DNA from: Mytilus trossulus
Taxonomy: Eukaryota
Assembly: GCF_036588685.1 (NCBI RefSeq)
Contig: NC_086382.1
Span: forward strand, 50,197,378-50,261,377
Direction of reading: 5' to 3'
Length of the DNA: 64,000 bases
This document shows, piece after piece, positions 12,596-24,700 of the stretch; position 1 is the first letter of the stretch, and every line of letters starts with the position of its first letter. A program made the position numbers and the translations under genes. The notes under the pieces were generated by a model. The model made no database searches. It was not told the DNA's origin and worked only from the letters and a program-made list of their open reading frames with translations.

Positions 12596-13205
12596 GTGTC
12601 CATAGTACACGGATGCCCCACTTGCACTATCATTTAAAATGTTCAGTGGACCCTGAAATTGGGGTCAACTTTAAATTGGTATTAAAATTAGAAAGATCAT
12701 ATCATGGGGAACATGTGCACTAAGTTTCAAGTTGATTGGACTTCAACTTCATCAAAAACTACCTTGACCAAAAACTTTAACCTGAGCTTCACACTATCTT
12801 TTTCTTTGTTCAGTGGACCATGAAATTGGGGTCAGTACTTTAATTTGACAGTAAAATTAGAAAGATCATATCATAGGGAACATGTGTACTAAGTTTCAAG
12901 TTGATTGGATTTCAACTTCATCAAAAACTACCTTGACCAAAAACTTTAACCTGAGCTTCACACTATCTTTTTCTTTGTTCAGTGGACCATGGAATTGGGG
13001 TTAGTACTTTAATTTTACAGTAAAATTAGAAAGATCATATCATAGGGAACATGTGTACTAAGTTTCAAGTTGATTGGAATTTAACTTCATCAAAAACTAC
13101 CTTGACCAAAAACTTTAACCTGAAGTTGGACGAACGGATGAACAGACGAACGGAGGCACAGACCAGAAAACATAATGCCCCTCTACTATCGTAGGTGGGG
13201 CATAA
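12596..13205 (-). mobile_element. Interspersed repeat family 'tatgcccca..tac.atagta.aggggcattatg … ggttaaagtttttggtcaaggtag … gacacattcttgtt', inverted copy with internal ~155-bp triplication
   Basis: Other copies at 27055-27320, 31820-32470 (triplicated), 44126-44410 and 45930-46180. Confidence 0.6.
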
Positions 13206-13666
13206 TAATAAAAGTTTCTTGTTTGTTTAAAAAAAAAAAATTTTCATATAGGTAAACTTGTGTTTGATTCTATAATCTTACACTTCATCGACAAAATAAC
13301 TTTATTCCATTTCAGTTAAAAGCATGTATCCTAATATTCTCAACCTTATACTAAAGTTAAAATTAACTATATTTTTGACACCCCAATATATACTACTGGC
13401 CCGAGACCACAATTATCCCCATTTGATTTTTATTGTCTTCCTCTTTTGACAGTACTTTTATTCATATAAATCTTGTAAGTGTAGTTTATTCTCTTTTCTT
13501 GTCAATAATAGCTTGTATTTCCAGCAGTCTTAAGGGAGTCTATTTTCAGAGCCCTTTTTTTTAACAGTTATTGATCTGGAATACTAAAATAAGAAAAAAA
13601 CTGTGTATTTTGACCACATGTCTTTCCTTTGAGAAACATAAGCATTAGGTGATATTATTGTTTCAG

Positions 13667-13815
13667 AAATTATGGAACAAATAATTAAGGTTGAGTCAAC
13701 ACATGTGGATTTAACAGCCAAAGAGAGAAACTTGTTGTCAAATGTATTAAAAAGAGAAATCTTATCTAAAAGAACTTTTTTGAAAAATAATGGCAGTAAT
13801 GAACACAAAGGAAAG
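13667..13815 (+). CDS. 14-3-3-like protein, exon encoding helix-2/3 region (E)IMEQIIKVESTHVDLTAKERNLLSNVLKREILSKRTFLKNNGSNEHKGK
   Basis: Acceptor tttcag at 13666, donor aag|gtatag at 13815/13816. 'ERNLLS' and the following basic patch align with 14-3-3 '[26 protein letters not shown]'. Confidence 0.55.
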
Positions 13816-14192
13816 GTATAGGAATAGAGCTCTATTTTGTTTCAAGTTGTTTAAAGGTAAAAATTAGGTCATGAGACTTTAAATATAGGTCCATGCTGTT
13901 TTCATAATTTTACAATTACATTCCAGGAGTTTTAATATTCTATTTTTTTTTTATTTTATCTTTTTGTTATTCAAAACTGATAATTAAAAAAATAGTCAGG
14001 GATTTTATTAGTTTTTAAAAAAAGTCAGGGATTTTTTTTTTTTTTATAAAAGAATCAAGGATTTTATTAGTTTTTAAAAATGATATTATATTTTTAAATA
14101 TTTTTTTAAAGACATTTTTGTGGTTTCATCTCTTTAACTATATAATATAATATTCAGTTTAATTATGTTAACCGAAGGTTTTCATTTTGTAG

Positions 14193-14293
14193 ATGAATTT
14201 GAAGAATATTTGCCATAGTACTTTAGACATTTTAGATAGAAAACTAATTCCTTATGCAGAAAGTGAAAAATCCAAAGTTTTCTACTATAAAAT
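14193..14293 (+). CDS. 14-3-3-like protein exon (MNLKNICHSTLDILDRKLIPYAESEKSKVFYYK-)
   Basis: Acceptor ttttgtag at 14192, donor aaat|gtaagt at 14293/14294. Aligns with 14-3-3 'ELQDICNDVLELLDKYLIPNA..ESKVFYLKM'. Confidence 0.6.
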
Positions 14294-14530
14294 GTAAGTT
14301 TTACAAAATTTCCTTCTATTTAAATACACCAAAAGTTAAATTCTTGTAATGTAAAATTGGATTTTTTTGTCCTCTTAGATTTTTTATTTTATAAATTAAA
14401 GTTTAACTAAAAGCTTTATAAATTACTGTTCTGTAGGTGCTTTGAAGTAAAAATCATTAATTGATCCAAAAGTGTTTTGAGATTGGCATAAAGATCAACT
14501 TTGTTTTTATAGCTGACTATATGTGGAATG

Positions 14531-14648
14531 GGCTTTGCTCATTGTTGAAGGTCATACAGTGACCTATAGTTGTTAACTTCTGTGTCATTTGGTCTCTTGT
14601 GGAGAGTTGTCTCATTGGCAATCATACCACATTTTCTTTTTTATATTT
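14531..14648 (+). mobile_element. SINE/MITE-like dispersed repeat (B orientation: gctttgctcattgttgaag…ctcattggcaatcataccacat)
   Basis: Same ~140-bp family recurs at 26921-27050 and 31701-31815, and in reverse at 5571-5708, 9428-9465, 15378-15430, 18591-18705, 19438-19475, 20051-20185, 40601-40660 and 47279-47345. Confidence 0.7.
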
Positions 14649-14667
14649 TGACCTTCCAAAATTCCAG

Positions 14668-15026
14668 GAAAGGAGAGTATTACCAATACTTAGCCGACTA
14701 TTACCAATACTTAAACAAAGCTGTCACAGGAAATGCTAAAAATGAAGCGACAGAAAAAAGTTTAGCAGCATATAACATTGCAAGTGATACAGCATCTACA
14801 GGTCTACCACCTACTCATCCTGTACATTTAGATTTAGCACTTAGTTTGTCTGCGTTTTATCACGATGTTCTCAACTCCCCAGATAAAGCATGTAGTATAG
14901 CAAAAACAGCATTTGATCAGGCAATATCAGAGCTTGATTGTTTAAGTGAAGAGAGCTATAAAGATTCAACGTTAAAAATGCAGTTGTTAAGAGATAATTT
15001 AACACTGTGGTCTGCTGAAGGTGAAG
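14668..15026 (+). CDS. 14-3-3-like protein, main exon ([21 protein letters not shown]…[76 protein letters not shown])
   Basis: Acceptor attccag at 14667, donor gaag|gtatgt at 15026/15027. Near-collinear with 14-3-3 helices 5-9 (…[60 protein letters not shown]…). Confidence 0.65.
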
Positions 15027-16954
15027 GTATGTTTAGAGTAGTTCGGTTAAGTTATCATAATTACTGTCTTGTCTGCATCAAAATTGCAGAAGTGCAAGAA
15101 AGTACCAAAATCATAACTTAGGCATGCTTAGACATTGATGGGGGGTGCATGACCTTTTTCGGGACGTTGGGATGGGTGGTTTTTTAACTTGGGATTTCAG
15201 GATTGATCCTTTCGGGATCCTGGAATTTTGTTTTCGAATTTGGGAATGTCAGGATTTAAATTTCTTTTCAAGATTTCATGTTTTTAAGCTTGGGATTTCA
15301 GGATCAGGACCCCTCTTACCCCCACCCCCTCTCATTAATAGCACCAACAACAATTGCTCATAAAGTATAAAGGAATTAGATGTGATATGATTACCAATGA
15401 GGCATCTATCCATATAAACCAAATGTAAAGATGTAAGCAATCTTTGGCAATGAGTAAAATCTGATCCATAAGGCAGTTTATATGAATGGCCTCAGTACAA
15501 ACAAAATGCTCAACCATTTAAATAAAGTAAAGCAATGGCCTGATTTACACTTGCAAGGTCTGAGAGTATATGATCATCTCAGCTAGGATTCGCCTTAATT
15601 TGACTTTATTTTTGTCTCACCTTGACAGAGTCAAAAAGCGACACATAGGTATGCTGTTTTCGGCATCAACAATGTATTAGTTTGTGATAAGGTCTAGTTT
15701 ATGGTGAACCACAAGTGGTAGGTCAATCATATTTGGTATGCATTTGTATAAGCATTGGCACATCTCATTTCCATAGAGATTTTTTGGCCCTGCCCCCTCA
15801 GTCATGGTCTATTGACTTCAACAACTTTTTCTTATTTTACATGTATTAGTTTGTGATTAAGTCAGTTTATGGGGAACCACAAGTGGTAGGCCAATGATAT
15901 TTGGTATGCAGTTGTATAACTAATGGCATATCTGATTTCATGGAAATAATTTGGATCCGCTCCCTAAGTCATGGTCTATTGACTTTGAAATTTTTTCTAA
16001 GTTATCATGTATTGTTTTGTGATTAGGTCAGTTGAATGGGAACCATTAGTGGTAGGCCAACGCTAATTAGTATTGGCACATCTCATTTCCATGTAAAATA
16101 TTTGGCCTCCCCCCTCAGTCACAGTTTAATATCTTTGAAACTTTTCTTAGTTTACATGTACATGTATTAGTTTGTGATTAGATCAGTTTAAGATGAACTT
16201 CTATTGGTAAGTCAATGATATTTGGTATGCATTTGCAAGTATCGTTTCCATGGAAATTGTATAGCCCCACCCCCCTCTTCATGGTTCATTGACTTTGAAA
16301 CGTTTACATAGTTTACAAGTTAATGTGTGTATTTAGGTTTGGGAACGACTTATACTAAGTCAATGGTATTTGGTATGCAGTTGTATTAGCATTGGCACAT
16401 CTCATTTACATGGAGATTGTTTAGCCATGTAACTCAGTCATGTTTCATTGACTTTGAATATTTGCATAACTTGTGTAAGATGTTAAAGTATTGCTATTTT
16501 GATTTCAACATTTGCATAATCAAAATTACAAAAAAGCGAGACATATCTCTGTGATAACAGTTCATCTTAGTTCATTAATTAATATTAATTTTTCATTTTT
16601 TTGGTGGCTCAGATACTCAGAAATAGGTGAACCCTATTTAATTATTTGTTCCCCTGACTTGTTTCCTCCGACATTGACCTTAATTTGTGGTACATTTTTT
16701 GTGGTTAGTTTCTTTTATAAAAAAGACTATATCATTGAGTATTGAATAATAACCATTTGTACGGGTTCATCTTGCCATGACATAATTTTCATGGTTCATT
16801 GGTCAACATTGAGTTTTAATGGTTAAGACTGTTTCTCAGACATTATAAGAAATTAATCAGAGGAAGATTGTGAGATGTACATTTGTGTCTTGCATAGTTC
16901 AACTGAAATTGAATTTATTTGTCACTGATCTTTGATAAACATGTAAACCATCAG

Positions 16955-17543
16955 ATAGTCGACGTCACGTAAAATTGGCACCAAGATTTTGGTAAAAGTT
17001 TTCTTAAATATCAACCGCGTTTACTCCAGATCATGTTTTTTGATTGGCGGAATAAAAATCCAATCCAAATATATACTACTGTCCTACCTTTTATTGTGTT
17101 TGCACAGTGTAACCCTGACCTTCACAAAATCCAAGATTATTTTGTATGGTGGAATCCGACATTGTTATTACCGGAAGTGTCGCCGTGGAGTCCACATGCT
17201 CTCAATTTTCTTGTGTCTCTCGAAGCTGTTCGTCGTCTTTATGTGAAAAAGCGCGGGAAATCGTATCATCAATGACAATGATATTACCAGAGAGTAACGA
17301 ATGTTATGTAGTAAGGGATCCTCATAGAAACCAAGATGGCGGTTTTACAATGAAAACAATCTTGAAAAATATGAAGGTCAGGTTAATACAGTGCAAACAC
17401 AATAAAAGGTAGGACAGTAGTATATATTTGGATTGGATTTTTATTCTGCTAATTGAAAAACATGATCGCGAGTAAACACGGTCGATATTTAAGAAAATTT
17501 TAACAAAAATCATGATGCCAATTTTATGTGACGGCGACTATAA
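16955..17543. mobile_element. Foldback / inverted-repeat element (arms 16955-17112 and 17384-17543, about 155 bp, 270-bp spacer)
   Basis: Arms are near-perfect reverse complements (atagtcgacgtcacgtaaaattggca…ttttattgtgtttgcac). Confidence 0.75.
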
Positions 17544-17544
17544 G

Positions 17545-17770
17545 ACTGTCAATACTGAGGTTGTGAGTTTGAATCCTGCAAGGAGCAGGTGCACTTGACT
17601 GCAATCTTAATTGACTTGGGTTTTCAGTTTTTACCAAAATGTAGTTCTCTCAAGGCAGTCTGGCTTCCACCACCAGTTAAAACTGCAACACAATATCATA
17701 ATAGTGTGTTAAACACCAATCAATCAATCTTTGAAACTATTAAGTTTATGCAATACCTGTTTGCATATAA
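17545..17770 (+). mobile_element. SINE-like repeat with tRNA-T-arm-like box (tactgaggttgtgagtttgaatcc), copy 1
   Basis: Second copy in the same orientation at 18300-18500. The two copies bracket the actin-like segment. Confidence 0.5.
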
Positions 17771-17846
17771 TACTTTCATCATAATATTCAATTATTATCA
17801 CTTTAAGCTTTGGTATTACAGCATTCTTGTTAATATTTTATTTTAG

Positions 17847-18227
17847 ATGATGGCACTGATAGGCTAACATTTGGGACAGTAGAAAAGCAAAGTGCCACCA
17901 GGTTGGATGATTCAGACGAAGATTCTAATGAATTATTAGACTATGGTTCTTCATATTCATCAAGTGAGGATTTTGAGGAAGATGGAATTATTGCAGAAGC
18001 CACGAGTATGATTTCTGAGGAAGGCCAATATAATTCAAGCTCTGATGAAGAAATGCAGACTTTAGTATTAGATGCTGGATCATTCATGATGAAGGCAGGA
18101 TTTGCCGGAGATGATCATCCTAGAGCTAACTTCCCCACAGCTGTAGGTAGACCTAGACATCAAGGGGTGATGGTTGGAATGGGACAGAAGGATGCATATG
18201 TTGGATTTGAAGCCTGTGGAAAATCAG
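17847..18227 (+). CDS. Actin-like N-terminal segment preceded by an acidic/Ser-rich extension (…[62 protein letters not shown]). Gene fragment, cassette exon or pseudogene
   Basis: About 70% identity over some 55 residues to actin '[57 protein letters not shown]'. Possible acceptor ttttag at 17846, donor cag|gtataa at 18227/18228. Similarity ends at the donor. Confidence 0.5.
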
Positions 18228-18299
18228 GTATAAAACTTTCTGTTTAATCATAACGGTTTGATGCTGGGTTTATAATAAGGAAATGGAGCTACTTTATCA

Positions 18300-18500
18300 C
18301 TTATTAGTCGATACTGAGGTTGTGAGTTTGAATCCCACATTGGGCAGGTGTACTGGACTTCAACCTAATTGACTCAACATTCACAGTTTTCATATTGAAT
18401 GTCTTGGTTATATCTGTGCACTCAGGCTTCCTCCAGCAACAAAAACTGACCACCACAAAAAAGCATACTAAGCATAAAAGTTGGGTTAAACACAGAGGAA
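18300..18500 (+). mobile_element. SINE-like repeat, copy 2 (tcgatactgaggttgtgagtttgaatcccacattgggcaggtg…)
   Basis: About 75% identical to 17545-17770. Confidence 0.5.
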
Positions 18501-20050
18501 GATAATAAGGAAATAATATTTTGAAACAAAATTGTTTTCTTATCATCTCTCCTGTGATGAAATCACTGTATGCAATACATATAAAAATAAGGAGATGTGA
18601 TATGATTGTCAATCAGACAACTGTTATCAATCAAAAGTTTAAATGAAGAAAATGTAGGCATTAAAGTCAACCATACAGCCTTCAACAATGAGAAAAAACA
18701 CAAAATTTAACATCATTTACATGGTTTACTGTTTGGTATTGATCCTACGATTTACCTGGATCATTGATAATGTAAAATTCCTGTGATACATGTAGTTAAA
18801 CCTTTATCTTAAAAAAACTTCAATTATAAAATCAATCATGATCAATTAAGCAGGATAAACCCTTTTGTGCATTATTTATTGAAACGTTTGCCAAACGTCT
18901 TCAATGATTCAGTTTGAATTTTAGCTTTTCTATTTATAGAATAATTGTTTTGTCTTTCAGCTCAAGGAAAAGAGGTTGAAAAGAAAAAGAGAGAAGAAAA
19001 GCAGATAGATGGTCAGTATACTGTAAATTCTGAAATTATTGTGTGCATTTATTATTGCGATTTTGTCATTTTACACTTGAATGCGATTTTTATTTTTACG
19101 ATTTTGAGAAAAGTCATGCTTAATTCAGTTAAAATATAACAAAATGCGAGGTTTTATTATTGTGTTTATAACTCAGTCGCATTATTCGCAATAATAAAAA
19201 CCTCGCAATAATTTCTGAATTTACAGTATTTCTGATTTTAAAAAAAACAACTGCACCCTTCAATTTTACTTTATCTTTTAGCTGCTAATGTAGAAGTAAA
19301 ATAGTTGAGGCAATTTTTTGTGCCACCTTATTCTGTTCGGTTCTATTTCTAAATTTGTTTTCCTCTTGTTGAAATGGTATGAGGAGGATGTTGAAAAATT
19401 TCCCTAAATAATGGTATACAAGGGAACATATATATATATATAAAGATGTGGTATGATTGCCAATTCAATATTACAATGATCTACCTACCAGAGACAAAAT
19501 AATGTGGATGTAAGCAACTTATGCTGTTTTAATTACAGTAATGAGTTAATGACATTTATATCTTCTTTGCTGCAAGTCCAAGATTGCTCTAATATCTGAT
19601 GACTATTGTTAGAACTGACTGGAACATAGTATTGCGATCATGTTTCTTTGAAAGGACACTTATGTCAGTCCTGGCAAAGCCCTATTCTTTCCAAGTCTAT
19701 ATAACAGTTTGAATTTTTCTGCAGTTTGATATGTTGTAGCATTAAGCGACTAACACTTTTCATCTGAACCAAATGTCCATTTAAAGTATTACCAATACAT
19801 GTACTTAAATAGGCAAATAATTACTAAAAACAATATGAAAACTTTAAATGTCTCAGATTATCTCCTTATTGTCTTCTTATCTCCCTTATTTCACAAACAT
19901 ATTATGAATGGTTCTTTTGCCTTGTAAAATTAATACTAGTGCCATGAAGATCATTCACTCGCAATTGAATAGTGATGTGCATGGTTAGTTCCAAAGAAAA
20001 ACCATCTAAACACAAATAAATATATCAGAAATTCCATACCTGTTAAAAAA

Positions 20051-20185
20051 GACAATGTGGTATGTTTGCCAATGAGACAAATCTCCACAACAGACTAATT
20101 GATACAGAAATGAACAGCTATATGTGACTGTTCGGTCTTCAACAGTGAGCAAAGCCTATACCACATTGTCAGCTATGGAAGGCTC
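20051..20185 (-). mobile_element. SINE/MITE-like dispersed repeat copy
   Basis: caatgtggtatgtttgccaatgagacaaatctccac…caacagtgagcaaagcctataccacattgtcagc. Confidence 0.65.
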
Positions 20186-20981
20186 TAATACTGCAAATGA
20201 AAAGATTCAAATGAGAAAACTAACCTTCTGATATATGTTCAAAAAATATTACAGAAAAAAAGTATTTAACACAGCAACAAATGGCAACCACTGAATTATA
20301 GGATCCTTACTAGGGACAGGCACATACATACAGAAAGTTGCGGGGCTAAATATTTTAGCTGGCTGTCTGATTTATGGAAAATTTCATCTTAAGGAATGTT
20401 GACGTTCCATTTAAAATCCTCCATTACATTATATAAATATCTAAAATAGCCATTCAAAGGAGTTGGAAATATATTTAAGCACTTAACACTCATTCAAAAC
20501 CTTAATAAAAGGGTCTGACCTGAAAGATATAAAAAATTCAAATGAGAAAACTAACGAATTTAATTAAAAACAAAACAATTTATATAAAGACATTAATACA
20601 GATATGAACTAATACCCACTGAACGAGTACATTGGAAGAGGCACATAAAGAATGTGATAGGGTCAACATGTGTGTTAGTGTTCAACCCTCCCACATTGGT
20701 GAAAAAGCACAACATAATACCAAACTGTAAAAATTAGTTGCAATTGGCTTAGGTTAAGAGATAAGTATGAGTTATGAAAACAACTAATGTAAAAACAACG
20801 GACAAAAAAACAGAAATTAGAGTACTTGCAGTTAATATGTTTTGTGTTATTGTCATCATTTTGTCAAACATTTTCATATTTGCCTGGCAAGTCATAAATG
20901 TTGGCATAAATGATGAACAGCAGTTCACAATTAGACTTGACAAAACAAATGTGAACTCTATATATATACTCTATTTTGTAG

Positions 20982-22939
20982 ACATCTTGATGAAATATAG
21001 CAGGTCTCCAACCTCATCTTATGATGTAGATACAATAGAATCTTCCAATGAAGAAACAGTACCTGATGTACATCGAAAAGTAAGAGGAATGATTACAGGT
21101 GAACCACAATCCTCACCATATCCATCAAACATGTTATTTTTAGGTTCACCAAGAAAAATACCACCAACACAATCAGTTGCACCACCACCAATGGGATCCC
21201 AAAGGTTTTCTGATTGTTTATCAAAAGTAATACAACCAGTTACATCAACACTTCTGTCAGAAGAAGTGGAAGTTAAAGCATCAACATTTCATTCAAAAAG
21301 GATATCTTATGATCCACTAGGAGGAATGCCACCTTCACAACCACCAAGAGGAATGCCATCTTCACAACCACCAAGAGGAATGCCACCTCCACAACCACTT
21401 GGAGGAATGCCACCTCCACCACCACCAAGAGGAAAACATGTTGATGTGTCTTCATCAGTAATACCACCTGATCCATCAATACAATTTTACATTCCAATGT
21501 CTCCTGCACAAGCAATTCCAGAAGATACAGTTTATGATGCTTTTCCACCTCCTCCACCCCCTCTACAATCAACAGGAGGAATGCCACCTCCAGGGCCCCT
21601 ACAATCAAGAGGAATGCCACCTCCAGGGTCCCTACTATTAACAGAAATGCCACCTCCAGCACACCTACAACCAAGAGGAATACTACCTTCATTTCAATCA
21701 AAAGGAATGCCACCTTCAGCACATCTACAATCAAAAGGAATGCCACCTCCAGTGCCACTGCAATCAAAAGGGGTGCCACCTCCAGCGCCCCTACAATCAA
21801 GAGGAATGCCACCTCCAGCGCACCAACAATCAAGAGGAATGCCACCTCCAGCACACCTACAACCAAGAGGAATACTACCTTCATTTCAATCAAGAGGAAT
21901 GCCACCTCCAGCGCCCCTACAATCAAGAGGAATGCCACCTCCAGCGCACCAACAATCAAGAGGAATGCCACCTCCAGCACCTCTACAATCAAGAGAAATG
22001 CCACCGCATCTTTTCTCAACAAAAGGAATGCCACCACTTCCACCGCCTTTGTCATCACTAGGAATGCCAGTTATGAGCTCAGCATCAGAAATGCCACCAC
22101 TGCATCAAAAGGGAAAACCACAACCACTGTTACAGTCATCCAAACAAATGGACTCTTCAATGATTGGTGCACCACCACCTCCACTACTAGAAGAATTAAA
22201 CGATATGCTACCGGAACGAAGATATGGTCCTCCAGGGGGAATACCACCACCGCCACCACCACCAACAGGATTACCAATTCCAAAAACACCATTTGGTGTG
22301 GGGGGACTGTATGTTCCACCACAGGGACCACGAGAACCACCTCCATCATCAATACAAATGCAACCTTCCCCACAACAAATGTCAAAGAGTAGGTCTTTTC
22401 AACCAAAACAAAATCAACCCATTTCATCATCATCACCAAGAGCACAATTACTTTCAGACATTTCAGCTGCAACTTCAGCTAAAAAAATGAGTGGTTTAAC
22501 TGCTCCTGGAGGATCAGCTCGTGTTTTCGGGAGTATAACAAAATCACTATCAATAATTGAGAAGGATATACCTAGCCTGTTAGATTCTGCTATACCAGAA
22601 AGAAAATACCATAGGCTAGGGATGAATTCTGTAATAAAACAACATGCAATAGCAAGTGAATACAAAAGGGAAATGCCTCTCACTAAAGACAACCAAGATA
22701 CGTTTGTCTACAAGGAGAAGCAGAGGGCAACTTCATCACATTTTGGTTCATTTAATTTGGAAGAGAAATCCACAGATCTAGAACAGCCGATATATTTTGG
22801 TTCCTTTGGTTTGCAAGAGAAATCCACAGAACAGCCAGCATATGAATGTAGTGTAAAATCTACCAAAATTCTTGACCAGTACACTGACATGACTAGACCT
22901 GATAGCATTCAAAAACAAAGTAATACTGAAGAATTAATG
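20982..22939 (+). CDS. Giant proline-rich exon: FH1-like poly-Pro tracts, 13 x 39-bp in-frame repeats (GMPPPAPLQSR), a WH2-like motif (PRAQLLSDISAATSAKKM) and a Ser-rich tail
   Basis: Acceptor ctctattttgtag at 20981, donor aatg|gtaagt at 22939/22940. 1958-nt open frame. The ORF's hydrophobic N-terminus (20774-20981) is most likely intron. Confidence 0.6.
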
Positions 22940-23151
22940 GTAAGTAAAAAGATACCTGTACTTATAATATGAATGTCAAATGTATTATTAATTTGAACCA
23001 ATCTTAGATAATGGCAAATGAAAAAAATAGTTTAATTTGAACCAATTTTAGATAATATCAAAGGAATAGTTTGTTTAATCTGAACCAATTTTGAAAACTT
23101 AATTTAAAAGTGTTGTTTTTATAATTTGCAAAATCTCATTTCCACCATCAG

Positions 23152-23182
<31 letters not shown>

Positions 23183-23735
23183 ATTATGATTCCTTGGGTT
23201 GTGAGTGTTTTCTATTTTAAAAGGAAATCTAAACTTCTTGTTCTTTTTCACATGGATTTATGTAATAGCATTTTAGAACAACTACTATCCTATATATGTC
23301 AGCATTTATATACTTTGGCAAATGACTGAAGAAAACTTTGAATCCCTGCCATTGTGGTGATATGTTGAATAGATTTGAACTGGTAGATGTGAAGCAGTCA
23401 GTGAACAATAAAATCTCTTTTTAAAACTGATTTCAGTCACATTGCTTAACATGGAGCAAAAGCTCTCACCTCACTGCAAGTTTAAGACCTCAATAGCACT
23501 GGTTTATTGGAAATTCTTTGCAAACTAAATTAATGATTATGCCACAACTGTAAAAGAACAAAGCCATTCAGTAGTATCAATAAAATAAATCACAGGCACA
23601 TCAAGATATATGTTATATAACTTGGCAGGCAATACTATATGTATAGGGCAAAAATTTAGATACACTTTGTTAGATGAAAAACCTCAAACTAAGGACCTTG
23701 TGAGAATTTTTAAAATGATTTCTTAATTTTTTTAG

Positions 23736-23809
23736 GTTGATTCCCATTTTGCTTCAGTATTTGATGATCTAAGGCTTAATCTAAGGTCTAGAAAGTCTAA
23801 AAAGAGGAT
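23736..23809 (+). CDS. Small basic exon (VDSHFASVFDDLRLNLRSRKSKKR-)
   Basis: Acceptor tttttttag at 23735, donor gat|gtaagt at 23809/23810. In frame with 22939. Confidence 0.35.
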
Positions 23810-24384
23810 GTAAGTATAAGGAAATACTGTGGATTCATTATTACATTTGTATTATGTGTTGGATACCACTTTTCATGGGTTTTGTGGGTAAAGGTGAAAC
23901 TCAAATTTAAATATTCAAACAATGAGAAAGTTTATATGTATAGGATTGTATACAGACATTGACAAAACCATGAAACCAAATATCCACTGAAATGCAAGTT
24001 TTCTCAATCCACAAAAAGTAGTACCCATAAAAAATTAATGTCATTTTATTTTGGTTTATAATTAAGAAAGATAACAAGCATTTTTCTAGTTTCCAGACAT
24101 TAACTTGTGTTCAAGTGTAAGGATTTCTCATAAATTGTACCGCAAGGTACCATTCCTCAACAGGAAAGCTGGCATTGAGTTTTGGGATAATTGATAAAAG
24201 GGGGACGAATAAAATTTGGGGAGGGATTTTTTTTCATAATTTTTTTCTTTTTTTTTTCTTGAAACTTTCCATTTTTGCATTGATTATTTCTGATTTATAG
24301 ATAAAAGCAAAATAATACTGACATGGCAGGAGATACACCAAACATGATGTGTAAACTATTATATGAAGTATTGTTCAGTAGCAT

Positions 24385-24700
24385 CATACTGCGCAATAGC
24401 AAGAAATCTTCAATTGCTCAGTATTGCACAATAGCAAGAAATCTTCAATTGCACAGTATTGCGCAAAAGCAAGAAATATTCAATTGCACAGTTTTGCGAC
24501 AGAAATCTTCAAATTCATAGTATATCACAAAAGTGAGAAATCTTCAATTGAAAATTAATACAAATGTTTCAAGATCTTTCCCCACATTTATTTTGTGTCT
24601 TAGTATCAAGCTTGAATATTGTGTCCAAACTTGCACCAACTGTTCAGGGTTCAATTTCTGCTGTCGTATCAGACTGAGCTCAGTAAAGCAGTTTATCCCA
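24385..24700 (+). repeat. Solo fragment related to the composite-element tail (33-bp 'cagtattgcgcaatagcaagaaatcttcaattgcaca' repeats plus a 'gcttgaatattgtgtccaaacttgcaccaactgttcagggttcaa' variant). A further tail copy at 41655-41740
   Basis: By-eye alignment to 30880-31232 and 36520-37222. Confidence 0.5.

Noticed and set aside
14570-14667. Start of ORF 14570-15121 ([22 protein letters not shown]…) as 14-3-3 N-terminus
   Set aside because: These codons are the read-through of a SINE/MITE copy (14531-14648). 14-3-3 homology begins only at the acceptor 14667/14668
15027-15121. C-terminal 31 codons of ORF 14570-15121 ([30 protein letters not shown]) as genuine 14-3-3 tail
   Set aside because: They follow a consensus donor (gaag|gtatgt) and do not resemble the acidic 14-3-3 tail. 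Kept only as the read-through alternative if the donor is unused
20774-20981. N-terminal 69 codons of the 732-aa ORF (MKTTNVKTT…MFCVIVIILSNIFIFAW…)
   Set aside because: AT-rich, hydrophobic nonsense sequence upstream of a strong acceptor (ctctattttgtag|) at 20981. Treated as intron; the exon starts at 20982
21273-22472. Long minus-strand ORFs (261 aa and 133 aa) antisense to the proline-rich exon
   Set aside because: Their periodic VAFLLIVGALE sequence is just the reverse complement of the 39-bp GMPPP repeat. Low complexity, no independent splice or start signals
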